From positions 1 to 46,669 of the forward strand of contig CAZLDK010000001.1 in the NCBI GenBank assembly GCA_964558285.1: DNA of 46,669 nucleotides, given 5' to 3'. The DNA comes from an uncultured Spirochaetaceae bacterium (GTDB taxonomy: Bacteria > Spirochaetota > Spirochaetia > DSM-27196 > PWMO01). Shown piece by piece: positions 16,781 through 24,566 of this stretch. A model generated the notes under the pieces. It was not told the origin of the DNA and searched no databases. It saw nothing but the letters and a program-made list of their open reading frames with translations. Positions within the stretch are counted from its first letter, which is position 1. Each line of letters opens with the position of its first letter. Both the position numbers and the translations under genes were made by a program.

Positions 16781-17266
16781 ATGGCCGGCGTTATTGCGCA
16801 AGAAGTAGGCCTGCCGGAGGAGATTGTCTCCTTCGTCGAAGAATGGCGCGACAAGCCTGGGAATCTCATCATGATCCTTCACCGGGTCCAGGAGCACTAC
16901 GGTTTCGTCCCCAGAGAGGTCGCTCTCGAACTGTCGAAGCTCATCGGGACACCTCTGGCAAAGATCTACGGCGTCCTGACGTTCTATCACTTTTTTAAGC
17001 TGACGAAGCCGGGAAAGAATCGGGTGTCGGTCTGCATGGGGACCGCGTGCTACCTGAAGGGTGGCAACGACCTTATTCAAGAGATCGAGAACCTTATCGG
17101 CATCGGCGTCGGCGGAACCACCGAGGACGACGAGTTCTCGATGGAGTCGGTCCGGTGCGTCGGTTGTTGCGGCCTTGCCCCGGTGGTTACCGTCAACGGG
17201 GACGTCTACGGAAAGCTGAAAAAAGAGAAGCTACCGGAGATCCTCGCGAAGTACCGGGGAAAGTAG
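16781..17266 (+). CDS. hydC: NuoE-like [2Fe-2S] subunit of NAD(H)-dependent [FeFe]-hydrogenase (HydC-type)
   Basis: Thioredoxin-like [2Fe-2S] ligand pattern CMGTACYLKGG ... VRCVGCCGLAP. The ATG at 16781 is preceded by GGGGG; the ORF track uses TTG 16769. Confidence 0.88.
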   Translation: MAGVIAQEVGLPEEIVSFVEEWRDKPGNLIMILHRVQEHYGFVPREVALELSKLIGTPLAKIYGVLTFYHFFKLTKPGKNRVSVCMGTACYLKGGNDLIQEIENLIGIGVGGTTEDDEFSMESVRCVGCCGLAPVVTVNGDVYGKLKKEKLPEILAKYRGK

Positions 17267-17268
17267 CG

Positions 17269-17829
17269 GTGCACGCGACGCTCTGCGATTTCGTCCATGA
17301 CATCGCCTTGAACTCCCTCGAAGCCGGGTCGCCGGTGACCGAAGTACGCATCCACGAGAGCGACGCCGAGTTTGGTGCCGCGATCGAGGACGAAGGGCGG
17401 GGAATGGACGTGGCGGAGCTCGAGGCCGCCCGGGACCCCTTCGTAACCGCCCCGGGAAAACATCCAAGCCGGTCGGTTGGATTGGGCCTCTCTTTTCTGC
17501 ACCAGTTGATCGACCAGACCGAGGGGCGGCTCGATATCGCCTCGGAGCCCGGAAAGGGTACTTCGGTGCGATTCGTCGTTCCGGTCGAGCATTTCGACTG
17601 CCCGCCGGTCGGAGACGTGCCGGGCCTAGCCTTCTCGCTGATGTGCTACCCCGGAGATTACGAACTCGTTTTTTCCCGAACGCTTGTTCGGGAAAAGAAC
17701 CGCGACTATACGGTTCGCCGGTCGGAGCTCAAAGAGGCTCTCGGTGACCTCGATAGCGTGGCCTCCCTCGGGCTCCTGAAGGAGTTTCTCCGGGGAGAGG
17801 AATCATCACTTTTTGCACTGGAGGTGTGA
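17269..17829 (+). CDS. GHKL/histidine-kinase-like ATPase domain protein embedded in the hydrogenase operon
   Basis: The GTG at 17269 lies 2 nt after the hydC stop; the ORF-track start at 17047 lies inside hydC. HATPase_c-like motifs IEDEGRGMD, GLGLSFLHQLI and GKGTSVRFVVP. There is no HisKA/DHp domain. Confidence 0.7.
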   Translation: MHATLCDFVHDIALNSLEAGSPVTEVRIHESDAEFGAAIEDEGRGMDVAELEAARDPFVTAPGKHPSRSVGLGLSFLHQLIDQTEGRLDIASEPGKGTSVRFVVPVEHFDCPPVGDVPGLAFSLMCYPGDYELVFSRTLVREKNRDYTVRRSELKEALGDLDSVASLGLLKEFLRGEESSLFALEV

Positions 17830-17830
17830 T

Positions 17831-18235
17831 GTGGGACGAATGACCCTTGCCGAGCTAAAGAAGATGCGCGCAGAAAAGCGCCAAGAACTCGATATGAGGG
17901 ACGCGGACAACAAGACGGTTCAGGTCGTTGTCGGAATGGGGACCAGCGGGATCGCCGCCGGCGCCAAGGAAACCCTCGCGGCCTTTCTAGACGAGCTGGA
18001 AACCCACGGTCTTACGAACGTCGCGGTGCGACAGACCGGGAGTTTGGGGCTCGACCACGCAGAACCCACCGTCGAAGTGCATATGCAGGAGATGCCGAAC
18101 GTCATCTACGGAAAGGTGAGCCCCGAGGTCGCCCGGAAGATTGTTCGGAAGCACATCCTCTCGAAAGAGCTGCTGAGTGATCACATCTTTGACCGACCCG
18201 CGGCGGACATCGTCGAAGGCACCGGCGAGAAGTAG
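17831..18235 (+). CDS. Thioredoxin-like-ferredoxin-fold protein (HydD-like position) lacking all cluster-ligating cysteines
   Basis: Collinear with the N-terminal [2Fe-2S] domain of the next gene, but VGMGTSGIAAGA and TGSLGLDHAEP occupy the Cys-motif positions. SD GGAGG lies 5 nt before GTG 17831; ATG 17840 is an alternative start. Confidence 0.68.
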   Translation: MGRMTLAELKKMRAEKRQELDMRDADNKTVQVVVGMGTSGIAAGAKETLAAFLDELETHGLTNVAVRQTGSLGLDHAEPTVEVHMQEMPNVIYGKVSPEVARKIVRKHILSKELLSDHIFDRPAADIVEGTGEK

Positions 18236-18244
18236 GAGTTATAC

Positions 18245-20032
18245 ATGGCGTTTAAGCAGTACATTTTGGTCTGCGGCGGGACCGGCTGTGTCTCCAGCTC
18301 CGCAGACGACATCTTCAAGAACCTTATTCGAGAGGCAGAGACTCAAGGCGTCGACAAGGACGTTCAGATCGTAAAGACCGGCTGCTTCGGTTTTTGTGAG
18401 AAAGGTCCCATCGTCAAGGTGCTCCCGGAAGAGTCCTTCTACGTCGAGGTGAAGCCCGAAGACGCGAAGGAGATTATCTCCGAGCAGGTTGTTAAGGGCC
18501 GCCCGGTCAAGCGACTCCTCTACCACGAAGCCGACAGCAAAGAGTTTGCCCGGATAGACGAGATGAGCTTCTACCAGAAGCAGTTCCGGGTCGTCTTGAG
18601 AAACTGCGGGTTCATCAACCCGGAGAACATGGACGAATACATCGCCCGGGACGGCTACGTCGCCCTCGAGCGGGTCCTCTTCGAGTTTAGCGCCGAAGAG
18701 ACGATCGAAGAGCTCAAGACATCGGGGCTCCGGGGCCGAGGTGGCGCCGGTTTTCCGACCTGGATGAAGTGGAACTTTACCCGGCAAGTCGAGAGCGACC
18801 AGAAATACGTCGTCTGTAACGCAGACGAAGGGGATCCCGGGGCCTACATGGACCGAAGCGTCCTCGAAGGGGACCCGCATTCGGTTCTCGAAGCGATGAC
18901 CATCGCCGGTAAGACCATCGGCGCCAACCAAGGCTACATCTACGTCCGAGCCGAGTACCCCTTGGCGATCCATCGCCTCGAGGTTGCCATAAAGCAGGCC
19001 ACCGACGCGGGGCTCCTAGGGGACAACATCCTCGGCACCGACTTCTCCTTTCATATTGAGCTCCGGCTCGGAGCCGGGGCCTTTGTCTGCGGGGAAGAGA
19101 CGGCGCTTCTCGCCTCCATCGAGGGGGAACGGGGCATGCCGAAGCCACGGCCTCCCTTTCCGTCGGTAAAGGGCCTCTGGGGTCAGCCGACGGTTATCAA
19201 CAACGTCGAGACCCTGGCCAACATTCCGGTCATTCTTTCCCGGGGCGGTGAATGGTTCGCCAAGATCGGCACCGAGAAGTCCAAGGGAACCAAGGTCTTT
19301 GCCCTGACGGGGAAGATCAGTAACTCCGGGCTTATTGAAGTGCCGATGGGGACCCCCCTCCGGGACATCATCTACAGCATCGGCGGCGGTATTCCCGACG
19401 GCAAAGCCTTTAAGGCGGTGCAGACAGGCGGTCCCTCCGGGGGCGTCATTACCGCCGACTACATCGATACACCGATCGACTACGAGCACCTTCAGGAGCT
19501 CGGTTCGATTATGGGTTCCGGCGGCATGATCGTCATGGACGAAGATGACTGTATCGTCGATGTCGCCAAGTTCTATCTGGACTTTACCGTCGAAGAGTCC
19601 TGCGGCAAGTGCGCTCCCTGTCGGGTAGGAGGCCGGAAGCTCTACAACATCCTCGACCGTATAACCAAGGGGAAGGGGACGATGGAGGACATCGACCGGA
19701 TCGAGGCGATCGGCTACAGCATGCAACGAGCCTCCCTCTGCGGTCTCGGCCAGACCGCGCCGAACCCGGTTCTCTCTTCCCTTAAGTACTTCCGGGAGGA
19801 GTACCTCTCGCATATTCAGGAACAGAGTTGTCCCTCCGGTGTCTGTAAGGAGCTGGTTAAGTACACCATCCTTCCGGAGAACTGTATCGGATGCACCCTC
19901 TGCGCCCGACGCTGTCCGGTCAATTGCATCAGTGGGGAGCGGAAGCAGACCCACGTTATCGACCAGTCGATCTGCATAAAGTGCGGCGAATGCTACAACG
20001 CGTGCAAGTTCGACGCGGTCGTAAAGCAGTAA
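18245..20032 (+). CDS. hydB: NuoF-like FMN/NAD(H)-binding subunit of [FeFe]-hydrogenase (HydB-type)
   Basis: 595 aa. N-terminal [2Fe-2S] domain (CGGTGC...TGCFGFC). NuoF core GRGGAGFPTWMKW and CGKCAPCR. C-terminal 2x[4Fe-4S] (CIGCTLCARRCP, CIKCGECYNAC). Confidence 0.94.
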   Translation: MAFKQYILVCGGTGCVSSSADDIFKNLIREAETQGVDKDVQIVKTGCFGFCEKGPIVKVLPEESFYVEVKPEDAKEIISEQVVKGRPVKRLLYHEADSKEFARIDEMSFYQKQFRVVLRNCGFINPENMDEYIARDGYVALERVLFEFSAEETIEELKTSGLRGRGGAGFPTWMKWNFTRQVESDQKYVVCNADEGDPGAYMDRSVLEGDPHSVLEAMTIAGKTIGANQGYIYVRAEYPLAIHRLEVAIKQATDAGLLGDNILGTDFSFHIELRLGAGAFVCGEETALLASIEGERGMPKPRPPFPSVKGLWGQPTVINNVETLANIPVILSRGGEWFAKIGTEKSKGTKVFALTGKISNSGLIEVPMGTPLRDIIYSIGGGIPDGKAFKAVQTGGPSGGVITADYIDTPIDYEHLQELGSIMGSGGMIVMDEDDCIVDVAKFYLDFTVEESCGKCAPCRVGGRKLYNILDRITKGKGTMEDIDRIEAIGYSMQRASLCGLGQTAPNPVLSSLKYFREEYLSHIQEQSCPSGVCKELVKYTILPENCIGCTLCARRCPVNCISGERKQTHVIDQSICIKCGECYNACKFDAVVKQ

Positions 20033-20046
20033 GGTAGGAGACACAC

Positions 20047-21798
20047 ATGAGCACGATAAACTGCAAGATCAACGGCATGCCGATGGAGGTAGAAAAAGGT
20101 ACCTCCATCTATCAGGCCGCGAACGAAGCGCAGATAAACATTCCCATTCTTTGTTACCATCCCGATCTCCCGGCCTGGGCGGCCTGCGGAATCTGCGTGG
20201 TAAAGACCGCCGGTTCGAAGAAGATGATGCGGGCCTGCGCCACCGCCGTAGAAGAGGGGATGGAAGTCATCACCCACGATCCGGAGCTCCACCAGGTACG
20301 CCGCACGGTCATCGAGATGATTCTCTCGACGCACCCGAACAGCTGCCTGACCTGCGGCCGAAACGGTACCTGCGAGCTCCAGAGCCTCGCCGCAGAGTTC
20401 GGCATCCGGGAGATGCCCTTCGAGATGAACGTCCAGGAGATTCCCCAGGACACATCGACCCCCTCCATCGTCCTTAACCCGGAGAAGTGCATTAAGTGCG
20501 GACGCTGCGTAAACGTCTGCCAAAACGTTCAGAACGTATTCGCCTTGGAGTTCCTCGACCGAGGCGACCAGGTGCGGATGGCTCCCGCCGGGGATGTGCT
20601 CCTCGACGACAGCCCCTGTATCAAGTGCGGCCAATGCTCGGCCCACTGCCCCGTCGGTGCGATCTTCGAGAAGGATGAAACGCGGAAGGTCTGGGACGGT
20701 ATTCGTGATCCGAAGCTCCACACGGTGGTCCAGGTGGCCCCGGCGGTCCGGGTTGCCATCGGCGAAGCCTTCGGCCTCGACCCGGGAACCATCACCACCG
20801 GCAAGCTCTACGCCGCCCTCCGGCGGCTCGGGTTCGACACCGTCTTCGACACTAACTTCGGTGCAGACCTGACAATCATGGAAGAGGGGTCGGAGTTCGT
20901 GGAGCGTTTCGTCAACAAGAAGGGAGAAATCCCCCTGATCACGACCTGCTGTCCCTCCTGGGTCGACTACATGGAGAAGTTCTACCCGGAGATGATTCCA
21001 TACTTCTCGACGGCGAAGTCGCCCCAGATGATGCTGGCGGCCATGTCCAAGACGTACTACGCCAAGCAGATCGGGAAGGAGGCCTGCGACATCTTCCATG
21101 TCTCGGTGATGCCCTGTACCTCGAAGAAGTACGAGATTGCCCGGGGAGACGACATGTACTCCTCCGGCTGCCAGGACATCGACGTTTCGATTACCACCCG
21201 GGAGCTCGCCCGGATGATAAAGTCCTCCGGCATCGACTACCTGAGCCTTCCCGACGAAGAGGCCGACGAGGCCCTCGGCATCTACACCGGTGCCGGCACC
21301 ATTTTCGGTGCGACCGGCGGCGTAATGGAAGCGGCGCTTCGGACGGCGCATTACCTGGTGACCAAGCGCGATCTGACGAAGGTCGAGTTCGAAGCCGTCC
21401 GGGGCCTCGAAGGGGTCAAGCAAGCGGAGATCGACATCGAAGGCACCAAGGTCCGGGTCGCGGTAGCCCACTCGATCTCCAACGTCGCCAAGGTCCTCGA
21501 CGAGGTGAAAGCCGCGAAGGAGGCGGGGAAAGAGCCGCCGTATCACTTTATCGAGGTTATGGCCTGCCGCGGCGGCTGTATCGCCGGGGGCGGCCAGCCC
21601 TACGGCGGTGACGACACGGTTCGGGCACGGCGCTCAGCGGGTCTCTACCAGGACGACGAGAACCAGACCCTGCGCGCCTCCCACCACAACCCTGCGGTGC
21701 AGAAGCTCTATCAGGACTTCCTGGAAAAGCCGTTGTCGGAAAAGTCGCACCAGTACCTTCACACGCACTACACCTCCCGTCCGTTGTATACTCGGTAG
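20047..21798 (+). CDS. hydA: [FeFe]-hydrogenase catalytic subunit HydA (M3-type; electron-bifurcating group A3-like context)
   Basis: 583 aa. N-terminal [2Fe-2S] plus accessory FeS motifs. H-cluster signatures TTCCPSWV (L1), MPCTSKKYE (L2) and EVMACRGGCIAGGGQP (L3). Confidence 0.96.
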   Translation: MSTINCKINGMPMEVEKGTSIYQAANEAQINIPILCYHPDLPAWAACGICVVKTAGSKKMMRACATAVEEGMEVITHDPELHQVRRTVIEMILSTHPNSCLTCGRNGTCELQSLAAEFGIREMPFEMNVQEIPQDTSTPSIVLNPEKCIKCGRCVNVCQNVQNVFALEFLDRGDQVRMAPAGDVLLDDSPCIKCGQCSAHCPVGAIFEKDETRKVWDGIRDPKLHTVVQVAPAVRVAIGEAFGLDPGTITTGKLYAALRRLGFDTVFDTNFGADLTIMEEGSEFVERFVNKKGEIPLITTCCPSWVDYMEKFYPEMIPYFSTAKSPQMMLAAMSKTYYAKQIGKEACDIFHVSVMPCTSKKYEIARGDDMYSSGCQDIDVSITTRELARMIKSSGIDYLSLPDEEADEALGIYTGAGTIFGATGGVMEAALRTAHYLVTKRDLTKVEFEAVRGLEGVKQAEIDIEGTKVRVAVAHSISNVAKVLDEVKAAKEAGKEPPYHFIEVMACRGGCIAGGGQPYGGDDTVRARRSAGLYQDDENQTLRASHHNPAVQKLYQDFLEKPLSEKSHQYLHTHYTSRPLYTR

Positions 21799-23313
21799 GT
21801 GATTCAGAGATCCACCGACCGACCGGCAAACGACTCTACCGGGCTATCCTTTGGGATAGCCCGTTTTGTGCTCCTGGTTCTTGCGGTGGTCCTTACCGGG
21901 TGCGGTGCCGGCGGTGACGCTGACAAGCCGGGGCCGGAGGGTGCGTCGCGACAGCCACCGGAGATCTATCCCGGGGTCCTCGATCTGCCGGCGGCGACCG
22001 CCGCGGGATTCCTGCGCTGTTCTCCCGGCGGCCCCGGGCGGGACAGCCCCGGGGATCTTAGCCCCGGGGATCTTAGCCTCGGCCCCGCCCCCCTCTCCCG
22101 GGAGTTTGTCGACGCCTATCTCGTTAGGCCTCCCTGGGAGCCCGAGATGCCCTCCTTTCTACCGGTAGACACCCGAGAGAACGAGCGCTGGTTGGGGCTC
22201 ATGGAATTGCGTTCCCGGTTTCTCTTTCGGCACGACCCGGCAACCGGTGGGTGGCGGCCCGACGCCGCAGTATCGGCGGATCTGAACGTCGCCGAAGAGG
22301 TGCTGACGGTACGGCTCCGGGAAGAGCTGGTCTGGTCCGACGGGACACCGGCGGTCGCCGGAGACTGGGTCGGTACCGTCGAGAGCATCTATCAACTCGA
22401 CGGCGTCCAGTCGCCCCTTAAGGGGCAGACCGAAGCCGGGGGCGCCGTCTGGAGGGCCCTCGACGATACAACGATCGAAGTAAGCTTCGAGACCATTCCC
22501 CCGGACCCCCTGTCGATTCTGGCGGTGCCGCCCCTGCCCCTCGGGGACCCGCGAGTGGCCTCGCTTGCGGCAGGAAACGTAGACATGCTTTTCGATCTCG
22601 AGACGGCTAGGGACGAGCTTCCCGTCCTCCGGCGGTCCGGAGAAACGGCGATCCCGGGGAACAGGGTAACGGTTCCGGTCCTTGCCGCGGCGGACCCCAC
22701 CGAGGGCCTCTTGGCGTCGACCGGTGCCGGGGATCGGGGGCTCGTGCTCCTTCTCCCGGCAGATTCCGAGGTCTCCGGTGTGGTGGAAGAGTTTCTCCAC
22801 GAGGTGGGAGAGCCGGTTCCCGGCGGCGGCCTTCTGCTTCTGCCCTGGGGTCGGGTGTCGTCAAGGGTGGAAGGCGACGGGCCCAACGCCGGCGACCCGA
22901 CGATGCCGTTGCAGGTTCGCATAGCCTACTCCTTCGCTTCCCCGGGGGCTCGGGCGGCTGCGGGGCGACTCGCTGCTCATCTCGAAGAGGCCGGCGTTGG
23001 GGAGACCGCCGTCGTGCCGGAGAACGCCGATGTCATGGAGTCTGCTCTCTCCCTCTTTCTCTCCGGTGAACGTCCGCTGCCGGGAGACCTTGTAGTCCTG
23101 GAAATCGCCGTAGACGCCGTCGAGGGTTTGTACGACCGTACGGCGGCTCCTCTCTCCGGACCCTCGGCCTCGGTGCGGCTCCTCCCTGCGGGGCGTTTGC
23201 CGCGTCTTGTAATCCTGCGACCATCAGCCTGTTTCACCGAGCCGGTCCCGTCCGGCGCCCGGGCAATCGATCTACTTGGCCTCTCGGGAGGCACGGAGGA
23301 GCTGGAGTCTTGA
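21799..23313 (+). CDS. Putative lipoprotein with weak similarity to family-5 solute-binding proteins
   Basis: 504 aa. The GTG comes directly after the hydA stop. Lipobox LAVVLTGC. One segment (RHDPATGGWRPDAAVSADLNVAEEVLTVRLREELVWSDGTPAVAGDW) resembles the SBP_bac_5 N-terminus. Function is uncertain. Confidence 0.5.
   Translation: MIQRSTDRPANDSTGLSFGIARFVLLVLAVVLTGCGAGGDADKPGPEGASRQPPEIYPGVLDLPAATAAGFLRCSPGGPGRDSPGDLSPGDLSLGPAPLSREFVDAYLVRPPWEPEMPSFLPVDTRENERWLGLMELRSRFLFRHDPATGGWRPDAAVSADLNVAEEVLTVRLREELVWSDGTPAVAGDWVGTVESIYQLDGVQSPLKGQTEAGGAVWRALDDTTIEVSFETIPPDPLSILAVPPLPLGDPRVASLAAGNVDMLFDLETARDELPVLRRSGETAIPGNRVTVPVLAAADPTEGLLASTGAGDRGLVLLLPADSEVSGVVEEFLHEVGEPVPGGGLLLLPWGRVSSRVEGDGPNAGDPTMPLQVRIAYSFASPGARAAAGRLAAHLEEAGVGETAVVPENADVMESALSLFLSGERPLPGDLVVLEIAVDAVEGLYDRTAAPLSGPSASVRLLPAGRLPRLVILRPSACFTEPVPSGARAIDLLGLSGGTEELES
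22045..22074 (+). repeat. Tandem 15-nt duplication (agccccggggatctt x2; SPGDL-SPGDL) inside the lipoprotein gene
   Basis: Perfect direct repeat read from the sequence, with a degenerate third copy following. Confidence 0.85.
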
Positions 23314-24566
23314 ACGGAGTACGACCCTTTGACCTTGATCGCGATCTCGAGGCTGTGCGGCGGATCTGGCACGAAGCCGGGTGGCTCATGGAGGACCAGA
23401 GCGAGGGCAGGGCGCTCAAAGCCTTCCTTTCCTCGGCGGATGTCTGGGTGGACGATGTCGAGGTGGACGTCGAGTGCGCCGTCTCTACCGTTCTCGGCGA
23501 TATGCGGTACCTCGATGAAGACATACCGTTCTGCGCTGTTACCAGCGTGACGACGGGACTCGTCGGCCGGCGACAAGGCTTGGCTCGATCGGTGCTGACC
23601 CACGCCCTCCGGGAGGCGGAGTCTTCCGGCGCCGTCTTTGCCGCTCTCGGCGCCTTCGAGCAGGGTTTCTACGACGCCCTCGGTTTCGGCACCGGTTCCT
23701 ACGAGCGGAAGGTCCGGTTCGATCCCAGCGATTTGCTTTCGAAGCGTCTGGGTCTTACTCCCGGTAGGCCCCGGCGGCCCGTCCGGTTTACGGTCGACGA
23801 CGCCGAGGAGCTCCACCGGGCCCGGCTCCAACGGATGCGACGCCACGGCGGCTGCAACATTCGCCCAAGTGGAATTACCGAGCACGAAATGCTCTACTTC
23901 AAGAACTCCTTTGGTCTCGGCTACCGGGACGGACCAGGAGGCTCTCCGTCGCACTACATCTGGTGCGTGTTTCAGGGGGAGGCGGGCCCACTGGTCGTCT
24001 ACTGGACGGTCTTTCGGAACATCGAGGAGCTCCGGGAGCTTCTCGGTCTCCTGGCGACCCTCGGCGACCAGTACCACAGCGTGGAGCTCTGGGAGCCGAT
24101 GTGGCTTCAGTTCCAGGTTGGCCTCAATCGCCCCTTTCGGCGGTTCGACCAGACAGCGGGGAGTAAACGAGCCCACGGGGTAACCGCCGAGGCCTACTGG
24201 CAGGCGCGAATCCTCAATGTCGAAAAAGCTGTGGAACGGATGCGCCTTCCAGAGGCGGGCGAAATCGAGTTCGTTCTTCGGTTGACGGACCCGCTGGAGA
24301 AGTATCTCGACGACAACTCGTCCTGGCGAGGGTGTGGCGGTGACTATACCCTTCGCCTCGGCGCCCGGTCCCAGGCGGTTTCCGGGAGCAAGACCGGGCT
24401 CCCGGAGCTGCGGTGCAGCGTCAACGCCTTTACGAGGTTGTGGCTTGGAGTGGCGACGGCGGAGTCGCTGACTGTGACGAACGGCCTCTCTGGGGAACCA
24501 GAGCTTATCGCCGCCTTGTCGACCCGGCTCCGTCTGCCCTCTCCCGGCCTTGACTGGCAGTTTTAA
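23310..24566 (+). CDS. GNAT-family N-acetyltransferase, Eis-like (GNAT plus C-terminal SCP2-like domain)
   Basis: 418 aa. Acetyl-CoA motif A VGRRQGLARSVLTHAL...GFYDALGFG. The ~400-aa, three-part architecture and the C-terminal LRCSVNAFTRLWLGV segment are typical of Eis-type proteins. The TTG start overlaps the upstream stop. Confidence 0.72.
   Translation: MNGVRPFDLDRDLEAVRRIWHEAGWLMEDQSEGRALKAFLSSADVWVDDVEVDVECAVSTVLGDMRYLDEDIPFCAVTSVTTGLVGRRQGLARSVLTHALREAESSGAVFAALGAFEQGFYDALGFGTGSYERKVRFDPSDLLSKRLGLTPGRPRRPVRFTVDDAEELHRARLQRMRRHGGCNIRPSGITEHEMLYFKNSFGLGYRDGPGGSPSHYIWCVFQGEAGPLVVYWTVFRNIEELRELLGLLATLGDQYHSVELWEPMWLQFQVGLNRPFRRFDQTAGSKRAHGVTAEAYWQARILNVEKAVERMRLPEAGEIEFVLRLTDPLEKYLDDNSSWRGCGGDYTLRLGARSQAVSGSKTGLPELRCSVNAFTRLWLGVATAESLTVTNGLSGEPELIAALSTRLRLPSPGLDWQF

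Noticed and set aside
19016-21546. Two long minus-strand ORFs (342 aa and 517 aa) antisense to hydB/hydA
   Set aside because: They lie opposite genes with unmistakable NuoF and H-cluster motifs, they carry no motifs of their own, and such ORFs are a typical artefact of GC-rich third-codon positions.
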